Origin: an uncultured SAR86 cluster bacterium
GTDB lineage: Bacteria > Pseudomonadota > Gammaproteobacteria > Magnimaribacterales > D2472
Direction of reading: 5' to 3'
DNA length: 64,000 bases
Assembly (NCBI GenBank): GCA_902608115.1
Contig: CACLMT010000002.1
Location: forward strand, 31,767 to 95,766
Notes under the pieces: generated by a model
Told to the model about the DNA's origin: nothing
Seen by the model: only the letters and a program-made list of their open reading frames with translations
Databases searched by the model: none
Translations under genes and position numbers: made by a program
In this document: positions 1 to 8,948 of the stretch, piece by piece
Numbering within the stretch: the first letter of the stretch is position 1
Layout: every line of letters begins with the position of its first letter

Positions 1-2
1 GT

Positions 3-209
3 ATTGAGCATTGGAATGAGGAACCAGGAGGCGTAATAATTAAACGCCTGTGTGAGCATTTTGATAATGTGGCTTGGCTTAACCCAGTACCTGATGATCA
101 TTGGGACTATACCTCATCTTTATGTATCATAAGGGATTTATTAACTCACAGAATGTATCCACTTACATTAAAGGGATTAGAGGAGGGGATGTCTGAATTA
201 TCAAAATGA
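3..209 (+). CDS. C-terminal fragment of a VWA/CoxE-like domain protein (truncated by window edge)
   Basis: Own translation, frame 3: IEHWNEEPG...VAWLNPVP..HWDYTSS...RMYPLTLKGLEEGMSELSK*. The WLNP motif is typical of this family. The stop overlaps the next ATG (ATGA). Confidence 0.7.
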   Translation: MEHWNEEPGGVIIKRLCEHFDNVAWLNPVPDDHWDYTSSLCIIRDLLTHRMYPLTLKGLEEGMSELSK

Positions 210-1603
210 ATATTACTAATAATATTACTAATACGACACAAAGTACTGGAATCAAGTGGGGGCCTTTCACTCTTCGTATTCCATTTATCCATATTAAATT
301 AAGAGCACCTGAATTTCTTCAGGGTTTAGTTATATCAGGAGCAACTGCATTTGCCGCTGCTCCACTTGCTATGAAGTTAGGATTAACTTTTGATGAAGCG
401 GTTGCTTTAAGTTTAGTTGCAGGAACTTTAATTTCATCTGGCCCTTTAATTTTTGGTGAACCTATGGCTCCTGGTTGGGTTACACCTGCTGTTCCTATTG
501 TAATGGGAGCTCTTGCTGCGGCTGGTTTTTATGGTGTTCCACCCGATGGTGCAGAGACCTGTATTGATGGAGTTTGTAAATATAATCCAGAAACATTCCA
601 ATTTATGGCTGCAATGTGTTTTGAGTTTACTGCCCTTATTCTAATTTTAGGTTTAACAGGTTGGGGAAAACTCTTAATTGAAAAAATACCAAATGGTTTA
701 AAAGCAGGAATAATCTTAGGTGCAGCTTTGGCAGCATTTTATCAGGTATTTTATGTCGATTTCGAAGCGTATTTAGTCCAACCTATTTCAATGACTATTG
801 CAATCGTTCTATGTGTTATTACTACTTTCTCTAATCCATTTAAAAAAATAGCTACAAAGAATAAATTTTTTGAAATAGTTGGATCTTTAGGTCTTCTCCC
901 GGGTTTTTTAATAGCAGGTTTCGCTGCATTTATGATCGGAGAGATTAACTTTAATATTGAATGGGGATTCAAAATTCCTGCAATTGGAAGTTTGATTGAG
1001 AGAACTTCACCTTTTTATATAGGGTTACCAACAATTGAAATGTATAAAGATGCTTTTCCATTAGTGATTATTGGATATATGTTGTTATTTGGTGATTTGG
1101 TAACAGCAACCGAGGTTCTGAAAGATGCACAAAAATATAGAGAAGATGAGAAACTACCCATAGATTTAAATCGTTCTCATCTTTCAGTTGGTATTAGAAA
1201 TTTACTTGGAGGACTTATTAATCCGTTTTTCCCAACACAGGGCGCTCTATGGACGGGTGTTCATGTAGTAGTTGCTGAACAGTGGAAAAAAGGTCCAAAA
1301 AACATGCCTTCTATTTTTGATGGCATAGGATCTTATTACTTAATGGGTATTCCTTTTCTATATTTCACTTTACCCTTTGTGACACTCATGCAACCTCTTA
1401 TGGTTATGGCGCTTACTTTAACTTTAATACTTACTGGTTTTGCATGTGCATATGTAGCTATGGCTATACCAAAGAAAAATTCAGAGATGGCCACTGCATT
1501 ACTTGTTGCATTTTTTATAACTTTTTATAGTGCATGGGTTGGTTTGCTTATTGGTCTTTTGCTTTCAATTTTTGTTGATGGTCTTGAAGAAGAAACTTTA
1601 TGA
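206..1603 (+). CDS. Multi-pass membrane permease (xanthine/uracil/vitamin C permease-like)
   Basis: 465 aa, about 12 hydrophobic segments; substrate not assignable. Confidence 0.6.
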   Translation: MNITNNITNTTQSTGIKWGPFTLRIPFIHIKLRAPEFLQGLVISGATAFAAAPLAMKLGLTFDEAVALSLVAGTLISSGPLIFGEPMAPGWVTPAVPIVMGALAAAGFYGVPPDGAETCIDGVCKYNPETFQFMAAMCFEFTALILILGLTGWGKLLIEKIPNGLKAGIILGAALAAFYQVFYVDFEAYLVQPISMTIAIVLCVITTFSNPFKKIATKNKFFEIVGSLGLLPGFLIAGFAAFMIGEINFNIEWGFKIPAIGSLIERTSPFYIGLPTIEMYKDAFPLVIIGYMLLFGDLVTATEVLKDAQKYREDEKLPIDLNRSHLSVGIRNLLGGLINPFFPTQGALWTGVHVVVAEQWKKGPKNMPSIFDGIGSYYLMGIPFLYFTLPFVTLMQPLMVMALTLTLILTGFACAYVAMAIPKKNSEMATALLVAFFITFYSAWVGLLIGLLLSIFVDGLEEETL

Positions 1604-2523
1604 GTCAATATGCTTTAGAGATTAAAAACCTAAATAAAACCTATGCTTCAGGAGTTGTTGCCTTAAAAGGAATTGATCTAAAAGTATCTGAAGGAGATTT
1701 TTTTGCTTTGCTTGGTCCTAATGGTGCAGGCAAGTCTTCAACAATTGGAATTATTGCTTCTCTTGTAACCAAATCTTCTGGGAAAGTTAAAATTTTTGAT
1801 ATAGATATAGATCAAAATTTCCCTGAAGCTAAGCGAATGCTTGGGGTTGTTTCTCAAGAAATTAATTTTAATAATTTTGAGAAGGTATTTGATATCGTAA
1901 CTACTCAGGCAGGATATTATGGAATACCTTTAAAAGCTGCTAAAGAAAAAACTGAAGTTGTATTAAAACGATTAGGTTTATGGGAAAAAAGAGATGAACA
2001 AGCTCGAAACTTATCCGGTGGCTTTAAAAGAAGATTGATGATTGCAAAAGCATTAATTCATGAACCAAATTTATTAATTCTAGATGAACCTACAGCCGGT
2101 GTTGATATTGAATTAAGAAGAGAAATGTGGGATTTTCTAAAGGAAATAAATGCCAATGGGACAACCATTATATTAACTACTCATTATTTAGAAGAAGCAG
2201 AGCAATTATGTAAAAATATTGCAATTATTGATCATGGTGATTTGGTTGAAAATACCAGCATGAAAAATCTTCTAAGTCAGCTCGATGTTCAAGGTTATGT
2301 TCTAGATATAGATAAATCACTTGATAGTCCTCCATCATTACATAATTATTCTATTTCATTAGAAGATCCCTCCACTCTCAATGTAACAATCAAAAAAAAT
2401 CAATCAATCAATGATTTATTTAATGAATTATCATCAATAGGAATCAAAGTGACTTCAATGAGAAATAAGTCAAACAGATTAGAAGAGATGTTTATTGAAA
2501 TGGTTAAAAGGGGTTATCAATGA
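1600..2523 (+). CDS. yadG: ABC transporter ATP-binding protein (YadG-like)
   Basis: Walker A GPNGAGKS, LSGG signature, LILDEPT Walker B; coupled to an ABC-2 permease. Confidence 0.9.
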   Translation: MSQYALEIKNLNKTYASGVVALKGIDLKVSEGDFFALLGPNGAGKSSTIGIIASLVTKSSGKVKIFDIDIDQNFPEAKRMLGVVSQEINFNNFEKVFDIVTTQAGYYGIPLKAAKEKTEVVLKRLGLWEKRDEQARNLSGGFKRRLMIAKALIHEPNLLILDEPTAGVDIELRREMWDFLKEINANGTTIILTTHYLEEAEQLCKNIAIIDHGDLVENTSMKNLLSQLDVQGYVLDIDKSLDSPPSLHNYSISLEDPSTLNVTIKKNQSINDLFNELSSIGIKVTSMRNKSNRLEEMFIEMVKRGYQ

Positions 2524-3299
2524 TAATAAATAATGAGATCTTAACCGGATTAACAACTCTCATAAGAAAAGAAATAAAGCGGTTTTTAAGAATCTGGGTG
2601 CAAACCCTTGTCCCACCAGCAGTAACCATGTCTTTATATTTTGTAATTTTTGGTTCATTAATTGGTCCAAGAATTGGCTCTATGGACGGGCTTGATTACA
2701 TACAATTTATGATACCTGGCTTGATTATGATGGCAGTTATTACAAATTCTTATGCGAATGTAGTTTCCTCGTTTTATGCTGTTAAATTTCAAAAATCTAT
2801 TGAAGAATTACTTATTTCACCTATGCCTAATTGGACTATTTTATTGGGTTTTGTAATGGGAGGTGTTTGTCGGGGAGTCATAATAGGATTTATAGTTTTT
2901 GGTGTGAGCTTATTTTTTTATCCAGCTTTTTCAGTAGTAAATCCTGGTCTTACCGTTACAGTGTTGCTTTTAACAACTATTCTTTTTTCATTGATGGGTT
3001 TTTTAAATGCAGTTTTTGCAGACAGTTTTGATGATATATCCGTAATCCCAACCTTTGTTTTAACACCTTTGATTTATCTTGGAGGGGTTTTTTATTCTAT
3101 AAATATATTACCTGAATTTTGGCGAAATATTTCAATGGGAAATCCTATGCTTTATGTAGTAAATACTTTTAGAGAAGGAATGTTGGGTGTTAGTGATGTG
3201 TCTATACCATTTGCTCTTTCAATGATTGTATTTTTTATAATTTTACTAGGCTCTTTAAGTCTTTATCTATTACATAAAGGCACAGGAATACGTCAGTGA
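2520..3299 (+). CDS. yadH: ABC-2 type transporter permease (YadH-like)
   Basis: RFLRIWVQTLVPP, PGLIMMAVITNSYANV and LGGVFYS motifs. Confidence 0.88.
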   Translation: MIINNEILTGLTTLIRKEIKRFLRIWVQTLVPPAVTMSLYFVIFGSLIGPRIGSMDGLDYIQFMIPGLIMMAVITNSYANVVSSFYAVKFQKSIEELLISPMPNWTILLGFVMGGVCRGVIIGFIVFGVSLFFYPAFSVVNPGLTVTVLLLTTILFSLMGFLNAVFADSFDDISVIPTFVLTPLIYLGGVFYSINILPEFWRNISMGNPMLYVVNTFREGMLGVSDVSIPFALSMIVFFIILLGSLSLYLLHKGTGIRQ

Positions 3300-4027
3300 A
3301 AACTAGATTTCTTGGAAAAAAAACTCCTGGAATTAGCAAATACTCACCAAAAATTTTAGAAAAGGTTGAGCGAGCCAATATTCAATCAATGAGCTCCTTT
3401 TTTGGATGTGATTTTTGGAATGCTTATGAGTTTTCATTTTTAAATAGTTCTAATCAACCTGTATTGGAAACCTTAGAAATTATCATTCCAATGACTTCAT
3501 TAAATACCGTTGAATCTAAGTCTTTAAAACTATATTTAGCATCGTTCTACAATAAGAAATTTAGTAACATTCAAAATGCTCTTAAGTTAATAGAGAAAGA
3601 TTTATATAAATTAGTTAAAACAAAGGTATCCGTTACCAAAGTTAAAAAACACCCGGAGCCTCCACAGTCCTTGCTTGTAAATAATAAAAAAAATTTAATT
3701 CCAAAAAATAAAATTATTAGGTTTGAGGGGTTTAGATCAATTTGTCCAGTTACCAATCAGCCTGACTGGGCAAACATTTATATTCACTCATCTGACGATC
3801 GGATTGATGCAAAAAAATTAAATAGATTACTGAAATCGTATAGAGAACATGGAGATTTCCATGAAACTTGTATAGAGTCTATTTTTTTGTTACTCCTTGA
3901 TGATTTTAAGTTATCCAATGTAACTATTTTTGGAAGGTTTCTTAGAAGAGGTGGGATAGATATAAATCCTTTAAGGTCAACTCAAAGCAAGTTACTTTTT
4001 TCAAATTTCAGAGATTTGTCTCAATAA
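3296..4027 (+). CDS. queF: NADPH-dependent 7-cyano-7-deazaguanine reductase QueF (bimodular type)
   Basis: ESKSLKLYL QueF motif, RSICPVTNQPDWA (catalytic Cys/Asp), FHETCIE, RRGGIDINP. Confidence 0.85.
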   Translation: MKTRFLGKKTPGISKYSPKILEKVERANIQSMSSFFGCDFWNAYEFSFLNSSNQPVLETLEIIIPMTSLNTVESKSLKLYLASFYNKKFSNIQNALKLIEKDLYKLVKTKVSVTKVKKHPEPPQSLLVNNKKNLIPKNKIIRFEGFRSICPVTNQPDWANIYIHSSDDRIDAKKLNRLLKSYREHGDFHETCIESIFLLLLDDFKLSNVTIFGRFLRRGGIDINPLRSTQSKLLFSNFRDLSQ

Positions 4028-4175
4028 TAAAAGTACTGGCAATTGATGAAAGCGGGGCATAGGAAGATATCCATAGATGCTGCATCAAAATTTTCAAATC
4101 TTGAATCTATTAAGTTGAATCATGTGGCAATTATTTCTCAATTGCATGAATTTGAAAAAAGATATATAAAACAAT

Positions 4176-4637
4176 ATGGATCATTTTATAGAAAAAGCTT
4201 TAAATCTTCCTCCTATTGATCAGATAGGATTCGTCGTTAAAGATATTGAGGCTTCTATCAAACTTTATGATCCTTTATTCGGTCCTTTTTCTACGATGGA
4301 ACCTGATGAGATGACTTATCTTTATCGTGGGATTGAAGAACCTTGCAAAATGCGATTAGCATTTGGTAAAACTGGTAATATTGAAATTGAACTCATTGAA
4401 CTCATCTCAGGCAAATCACCTCATAAAGAATTTCTAGATGCTGGGCGTGAGGGTATACATCATATCCGTTTCATAGTTGATGATTTAGATAAATCAGTTA
4501 CTGCTGCAAAAAAACTTAAATTTAAGCCTATCTGGACCAGAAAATTTGCTGAAGGATTGGCTGTGGCCTATCTCGAAAGGAATAATGACCCTTTATTGAT
4601 CGAGTTTTTTGAAAATCATGGGACTATGCCAGAGTAA
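4176..4637 (+). CDS. VOC/glyoxalase family protein (methylmalonyl-CoA epimerase-like)
   Basis: IDQIGFVVKD, IELIE and EGIHHIRF motifs. Confidence 0.8.
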   Translation: MDHFIEKALNLPPIDQIGFVVKDIEASIKLYDPLFGPFSTMEPDEMTYLYRGIEEPCKMRLAFGKTGNIEIELIELISGKSPHKEFLDAGREGIHHIRFIVDDLDKSVTAAKKLKFKPIWTRKFAEGLAVAYLERNNDPLLIEFFENHGTMPE

Positions 4638-4662
4638 CTAGATTGGCAAAAAGAGAAGCAAA

Positions 4663-5556
4663 TTAACCATTTTTTCCTTGTGCATATTCATGCATAGGTC
4701 TAATAATTTCATCGGCGTAACGTTGCATCTGATCAATTTTTTGTTGAATAGTGGATTCCCAACCTATTGAGAATGCAAACGGAGCATTAACAGTAGCTGT
4801 CACCCCAAGATCGTAAAGCTTTTTGAGTGTATCGAGATCATGCTCTATAGTTAATCCTAATATTGTTTCAAATGGTTGATCAGATCTACCTGCTCTCTTA
4901 CGATAAGTATTTAATTTATTTAATAAATCAGGGATCTCATCAGGATGATTTCCAACACCTATAAAACCATCAGCTCTTTTTGCCATTCTCCTCAGTGCAA
5001 CATCACTAGAGCCTCCCATTAGAATAGGTATACGATTCTTTGGAGAGGGGAGAATACGCAATTTTTTAAATTGTATATATTGTCCTTGATATTCAGACCA
5101 TTCACCTGACCAAAGTAATTCAATCACATCTAAACACTCATCATATCTTTTTCCTCTTAACTTAAAATCAAGACCATAAGCTTCATATTCTTCCTGCATC
5201 CATCCCACGCCAGCTCCCAGCATAAATCTATCATTGGAGAGAATAGCTAATGTTCCTGTAGCTTTAGCGACTTCAATAGGGTTTCTTAAAGGTAAAATGT
5301 ACACTGCAGTAGAAAGTCTGAGCTTTGAAGTAACAGCTGCCATATTAGCTAAAGTTACCCAAGGATCTGGATAATCTCTATCATCACCCATTGGTGCAGT
5401 TCCGTCTTCTGAGTAGGGATAGATAGACTTAATTGTTTTTGGAAAGAATGCATGGTCAGCATTCATAACTCCATAGAAATTATTATCTTCAGCTGCTTTT
5501 GCAATTTCTGAATATTGATCAGTTTCAGACCAAACAAGCATTTGCCAAAATTTCAT
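4663..5556 (-). CDS. LLM-class probable F420-dependent oxidoreductase (Rv2161c-like)
   Basis: DH...YPY, DPWVTLA, LPLRNP, LGAGVGWMQEEY motifs. Confidence 0.85.
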   Translation of the reverse strand: MKFWQMLVWSETDQYSEIAKAAEDNNFYGVMNADHAFFPKTIKSIYPYSEDGTAPMGDDRDYPDPWVTLANMAAVTSKLRLSTAVYILPLRNPIEVAKATGTLAILSNDRFMLGAGVGWMQEEYEAYGLDFKLRGKRYDECLDVIELLWSGEWSEYQGQYIQFKKLRILPSPKNRIPILMGGSSDVALRRMAKRADGFIGVGNHPDEIPDLLNKLNTYRKRAGRSDQPFETILGLTIEHDLDTLKKLYDLGVTATVNAPFAFSIGWESTIQQKIDQMQRYADEIIRPMHEYAQGKNG

Positions 5557-5620
5557 GAATTATATTTTCCTCCTGAGTAACAATATATATTATATAAATA
5601 TCATGTAAAATCATCATCCA

Positions 5621-5661
5621 CAGGAGAGATGGCAGAGTGGTCGATTGCGCTACCTTGGAAA
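5621..5661 (+). repeat. att-like direct repeat: 5' half of tRNA-Ser(GGA), ending in the anticodon loop
   Basis: CAGGAGAGATGGCAGAGTGGTCGATTGCGCTACCTTGGAAA, identical to 9524-9564 (41 bp). Confidence 0.95.
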
Positions 5662-5770
5662 ACCTTATAAGCCTTTATTTTCCTGTTACGCCTAATACCA
5701 AATATCCCTTAAATACAGCCTTTCTAGGACATTCTGATATTTGCTGATAATTAGTAAAACAGGGTGATAT

Positions 5771-5814
5771 GGGTAAGAGTTACCCCCAAAGTTACCCTCA
5801 AGAGTTTATTACCC
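5771..5814. repeat. Putative integrase arm-type sites (AGTTACCC x2, ATTACCC, inverted GGGTAA)
   Basis: AGTTACCC at 5778 and 5790 (12-bp period), ATTACCC at 5808, GGGTAA at 5771; about 110-150 bp inside the left att. Confidence 0.5.
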
Positions 5815-5844
5815 AATTAAAAAAGGACTGAGTCTACAAAAAGA

Positions 5845-5864
5845 CTGGGATGCGAATTAACCCT
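5845..5864 (+). repeat. Islet motif copy A (CTGGGATGCGAATTAACCCT)
   Basis: 19/20 identical to the reverse complement of 7561-7580; 5831-5860 also resembles 6870-6900. Confidence 0.8.
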
Positions 5865-6204
5865 TTGTATCTTCTGTAGAAGAACCTAGTTCATTACAAC
5901 GATTTATGATTCCCTTCCAAGGTTCACTTGCCCAGTCTTTTGGTACTTTCAAAATTTCTGAAGTTGCTACCTCTTTAAATGCAATGTCTCCGACACATAT
6001 TCTTTGTTGACATAAAGGTTCCTCAACCTGACAATTGTTTACAAAAGCAGTCTTCCAACCTAATCGAAAATTATAATCAGATTCATCGCTGTCTATTGAT
6101 TCAATATTTACATCATAATTACCAACTAAAGAATTGAAAAGTAAATGTTTTGTTAGAAGATAAGATATTAAAAATATAATTATAGCCAATAAAAACTTTT
6201 TCAT
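5857..6204 (-). CDS. Hypothetical membrane-anchored/secreted protein
   Basis: 115 aa, MKKFLL N-terminal hydrophobic segment, 4 Cys. Confidence 0.6.
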   Translation of the reverse strand: MKKFLLAIIIFLISYLLTKHLLFNSLVGNYDVNIESIDSDESDYNFRLGWKTAFVNNCQVEEPLCQQRICVGDIAFKEVATSEILKVPKDWASEPWKGIINRCNELGSSTEDTKG

Positions 6205-6210
6205 ATGTTA

Positions 6211-6444
6211 TTACAGTCCTTCTACTCTATTACATTTATGCATTTTCCTACTTGTAGTTCTTATGCCTCCCTGAGGACGAATGTAGGTAAAAAATCCTTT
6301 GGTCAAAATTAATCCAGTCCGTTCAAGGACGTAACTGCTAATGGAGCTTGAGCTTCTGCATTCAACTTCTGATTTACATGAGCTCCACTCTATAAAGTAT
6401 TCTCTAAAAAGTTGTCTACCACCAGCGTTCAGTTTTGCACTCAT
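6211..6444 (-). CDS. Hypothetical protein, possibly the C-terminal remnant of a secreted protein
   Basis: 77 aa, no signal peptide; ATG lies 1 nt after the upstream stop. Confidence 0.35.
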   Translation of the reverse strand: MSAKLNAGGRQLFREYFIEWSSCKSEVECRSSSSISSYVLERTGLILTKGFFTYIRPQGGIRTTSRKMHKCNRVEGL

Positions 6445-6445
6445 C

Positions 6446-6799
6446 TTATTCCCTGATATCTAAAATTTTGCCCCTATAAGTACATGTGGCAACATTTTGA
6501 TTAGTAGCAATACTAATAGATATAGTTCCAGTTGCACACAATCTGGCAACCGTTGCAATAAACCATTCTGGTCTGTGATTTACTCCTCCCATATAAATTG
6601 AAAGCACATCTCCCTCTTGACAGTTTCCCATCACATTATTGTTTGAAGGTTTCAACTGAATTTTTTTAATATTTTTTACGTGACAAAGATTTGGATGTTT
6701 TGTAACAACTAAATTATCAGAGATCTTATTATCAGTTGCTTCAAGATTTACAGTCTGAAGGGTAAAAATTCCTAATATTAAAATGTTTTTTATTTTCAT
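6446..6799 (-). CDS. Hypothetical secreted Cys-containing protein
   Basis: 117 aa, signal-peptide-like N-terminus, 4 Cys. Confidence 0.6.
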   Translation of the reverse strand: MKIKNILILGIFTLQTVNLEATDNKISDNLVVTKHPNLCHVKNIKKIQLKPSNNNVMGNCQEGDVLSIYMGGVNHRPEWFIATVARLCATGTISISIATNQNVATCTYRGKILDIRE

Positions 6800-6912
6800 G
6801 TTAATTTCCTACTTTGAACACATAAACGATAGATAGTTGAATATGTTTAAAGTATAAACTATAAATAGTAGTCAACAAAAAGAGGGGATAGCGAAATGAA
6901 AAACATCCTCTA

Positions 6913-6950
6913 CAACCCTCGGTGTGTGTTTGCTATAGTTAGAAGCTATG
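6913..6950 (+). promoter_or_regulatory. Extended -10 promoter plus start-codon module, copy 1 (likely leaderless mRNA)
   Basis: CAACCCTCGGTGTGTGTTTGCTATAGTTAGAAGCTATG; TG-n-TATAGT 8 nt before the ATG; near-identical copy at 9422-9458. Confidence 0.6.
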
Positions 6951-7535
6951 AGAAAACTTCTACCCATTCTGTGTTTATTGATTCTGAGCTCTTGCTCACC
7001 CACACTAGAAATTCCATCTGACCAGCTGGTTAAAAGAAATGGCATTACCTACGAAATTAATTCACAAACTCCGTTTAGTGGAAGAGCAGTTTCTTACTAC
7101 GAGAACGGTCAAGTAAAGTTCAAAGAAAATTATAAAGACGGAGACCTGAACGGACCTTATGAGACTTACTATGAGAATGGGCAATTAGAAATTAAAGGAA
7201 ATTACAAAGATGGAGTGGCTAACGGACTTGCTGAGGTTTATTTCGAGAATGGTCAATTAAAGAGGAAAGGAAAAGCTAAAGAAGGAAACCAACACGGACT
7301 AAGTGAGACTTACTATGAGAATGGGCAATTAGAAATTAAAGGAAATTACAAAGATGGAGAAGAAGACGGACTTTTTGAGGGTTACCACGACAACGGTCAA
7401 TTACAATATAAAGGAGTCTTCAATGATGGAAAAGCGGACGGAATCATAGAGAAGTACTTCGATAACGGTCAGTTAGAGATTAAATATTGTTTTCAAGAGG
7501 GTGAAAGAGTAGACATGTCCTACTGTGAGAAATAG
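6948..7535 (+). CDS. Lipoprotein with MORN-variant (YwqK-like) repeats
   Basis: Lipobox LSSC; 24-aa repeats YYENGQL..KG.YKDG...G; exact 56-bp internal duplication 7160-7215 / 7304-7359. Confidence 0.85.
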   Translation: MRKLLPILCLLILSSCSPTLEIPSDQLVKRNGITYEINSQTPFSGRAVSYYENGQVKFKENYKDGDLNGPYETYYENGQLEIKGNYKDGVANGLAEVYFENGQLKRKGKAKEGNQHGLSETYYENGQLEIKGNYKDGEEDGLFEGYHDNGQLQYKGVFNDGKADGIIEKYFDNGQLEIKYCFQEGERVDMSYCEK

Positions 7536-7560
7536 ATAGGTTCTTCCTCATTATACACCT

Positions 7561-7580
7561 AGGGTTAATTCGCACCCCAG
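7561..7580 (-). repeat. Islet motif copy B (inverted relative to 5845-5864)
   Basis: AGGGTTAATTCGCACCCCAG. Confidence 0.8.
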
Positions 7581-7672
7581 CATCTTTCTAGCCACAAGCC
7601 AGAAAAACCCATGTCATGTCCGTTAATGAATCGGCTTATCGGCTAGGCGTTCGTTGTATTACAGCAGGGTGC

Positions 7673-8020
7673 TTATTTGCAATTCACTATAGATAAATAT
7701 TCTGAGGGCCTTTTGGTATTCAACCAAGAAATCCAACAAGAGTTTATTCCATCACCATTTTTATCCTTTGCAATAACATTCACTTTGAAGACTTTGTAAA
7801 GCTTGTTTTTATTGTCATAAACCTTAATTTCATCTCCAACAGTTATTGAAGTTTTGTTGGTTGAAACATCCCAGCTTACAGATGTTGTCAGGCCAAAAAA
7901 ATTTTTTTCAGTCAGTGTCATTGCAGAGCTTCCGCTCCAGTAAGCGCTATTAGAATATGTTTCAGCAAAAGCTCCAAAGCTTATAAAGACCATCAAAACT
8001 AAGGTAAGGGTGTTTTTCAT
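7673..8020 (-). CDS. Hypothetical secreted protein (start re-assigned to MKNTLTLVL)
   Basis: ATG at 8020 gives a clean signal peptide ending AFA-E and removes the overlap with the upstream ORF. Confidence 0.6.
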   Translation of the reverse strand: MKNTLTLVLMVFISFGAFAETYSNSAYWSGSSAMTLTEKNFFGLTTSVSWDVSTNKTSITVGDEIKVYDNKNKLYKVFKVNVIAKDKNGDGINSCWISWLNTKRPSEYLSIVNCK

Positions 8021-8027
8021 GCGTCTT

Positions 8028-8660
8028 TTAGAGCACCTTGCAAGACCCTTCTCCATCTTGAGAGGTGCTTCCCGTAATATTTGTCTTACTTTTTATAAAT
8101 CTCTTGAGTGAATATTTCATAGGTAGATTATTCATGTCTCCACCATTAAGAATATTAGATAAATCAATGCTCCAATTCATTTGCTCTAGTTCGACACGAG
8201 TTTGATATTCATCATATTGACTTCCATAAGGCAATTTGATTGAAAAAATATACTTCATCACATTGTCGTACCTCTGAAAACTTCCTTCTTGAACATCATC
8301 ATCTAATAACTGCAGCTCATTTACTGCATCAACAGTCCTATCTAGCTGTGGATCAAAGTAATAATATGGAGTCCAGCCTTTATGATTATCAAACTTAGTG
8401 AGCCAAATATCATTGTTAAAAGCTGAAAGTACTGAGACTTTTTTTGTATCGTATTTCTCATTCTTCCCTTTCGAATTCATGCTGACATCAGCCTCTACAA
8501 AGCAATCTATATAAAATAGCTTCTCCATAGATATTTCTTCGAATACTTCAGGCGTAATAGAGCCTGTATTAATATGGTCTATAACTTCATTAAAATAATC
8601 TTTGGCTCCATAAACTGTCAAAGATAGTAAAAATGGAATTATCAGCAGGAGTTTATTCAA
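8028..8660 (-). CDS. Hypothetical secreted protein (probable TTG start at 8660)
   Basis: GGAG lies just upstream of the TTG; NKLLLIIPFLLSLTVYG signal peptide. Confidence 0.6.
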   Translation of the reverse strand: MNKLLLIIPFLLSLTVYGAKDYFNEVIDHINTGSITPEVFEEISMEKLFYIDCFVEADVSMNSKGKNEKYDTKKVSVLSAFNNDIWLTKFDNHKGWTPYYYFDPQLDRTVDAVNELQLLDDDVQEGSFQRYDNVMKYIFSIKLPYGSQYDEYQTRVELEQMNWSIDLSNILNGGDMNNLPMKYSLKRFIKSKTNITGSTSQDGEGSCKVL

Positions 8661-8751
8661 AGGGATCTCCACTTTCTAAAACCTCATCCATATCTGCAAA
8701 AGCTTCAAAGCTTCCAAAAACTAACAAAACTAAGGCAAGGGTTTGTTTCAT
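8653..8751 (-). pseudogene. Signal-peptide-only gene remnant MKQTLALVLLVFGSFEAFADMDEVLESGDPFE
   Basis: Own translation, 32 aa; DNA and peptide homologous to the N-terminus of the 8020 ORF. Confidence 0.5.
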
Positions 8752-8789
8752 ATATTAATTATTCAAGCTATCCAACCGTCTCATTCTTT

Positions 8790-8933
8790 TTAAGCATTAG
8801 CTCTTTTTAAAAGATTAGAAAGCCTGTCTATAACTTCCTCCTTTTCATTAGGAGTAAAGTTATCTTCAACGGCATGGAGGTTATCAAATAACCTATCAAC
8901 GATAACATCTTGAAGGGCGATTAGCTTTTTCAT
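8790..8933 (-). CDS. Small hypothetical protein (47 aa)
   Basis: Own translation MKKLIALQDVIVDRLFDNLHAVEDNFTPNEKEEVIDRLSNLLKRANA; fills the gap in the minus-strand array. Confidence 0.4.
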   Translation of the reverse strand: MKKLIALQDVIVDRLFDNLHAVEDNFTPNEKEEVIDRLSNLLKRANA

Positions 8934-8948
8934 ATGGAGTCGATGAAG

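Noticed and set aside
4043-4219. Possible ~58-aa ORF between queF and the VOC gene
   Set aside because: No RBS or motif, and it overlaps the VOC gene start
6860-6867. TATAAATA as a T4-like late promoter
   Set aside because: Expected by chance in AT-rich DNA; no phage context
6948-7535. YwqK-like protein as the antitoxin of a toxin-antitoxin pair
   Set aside because: No toxin gene nearby; the repeat family is generic and the protein is a lipoprotein
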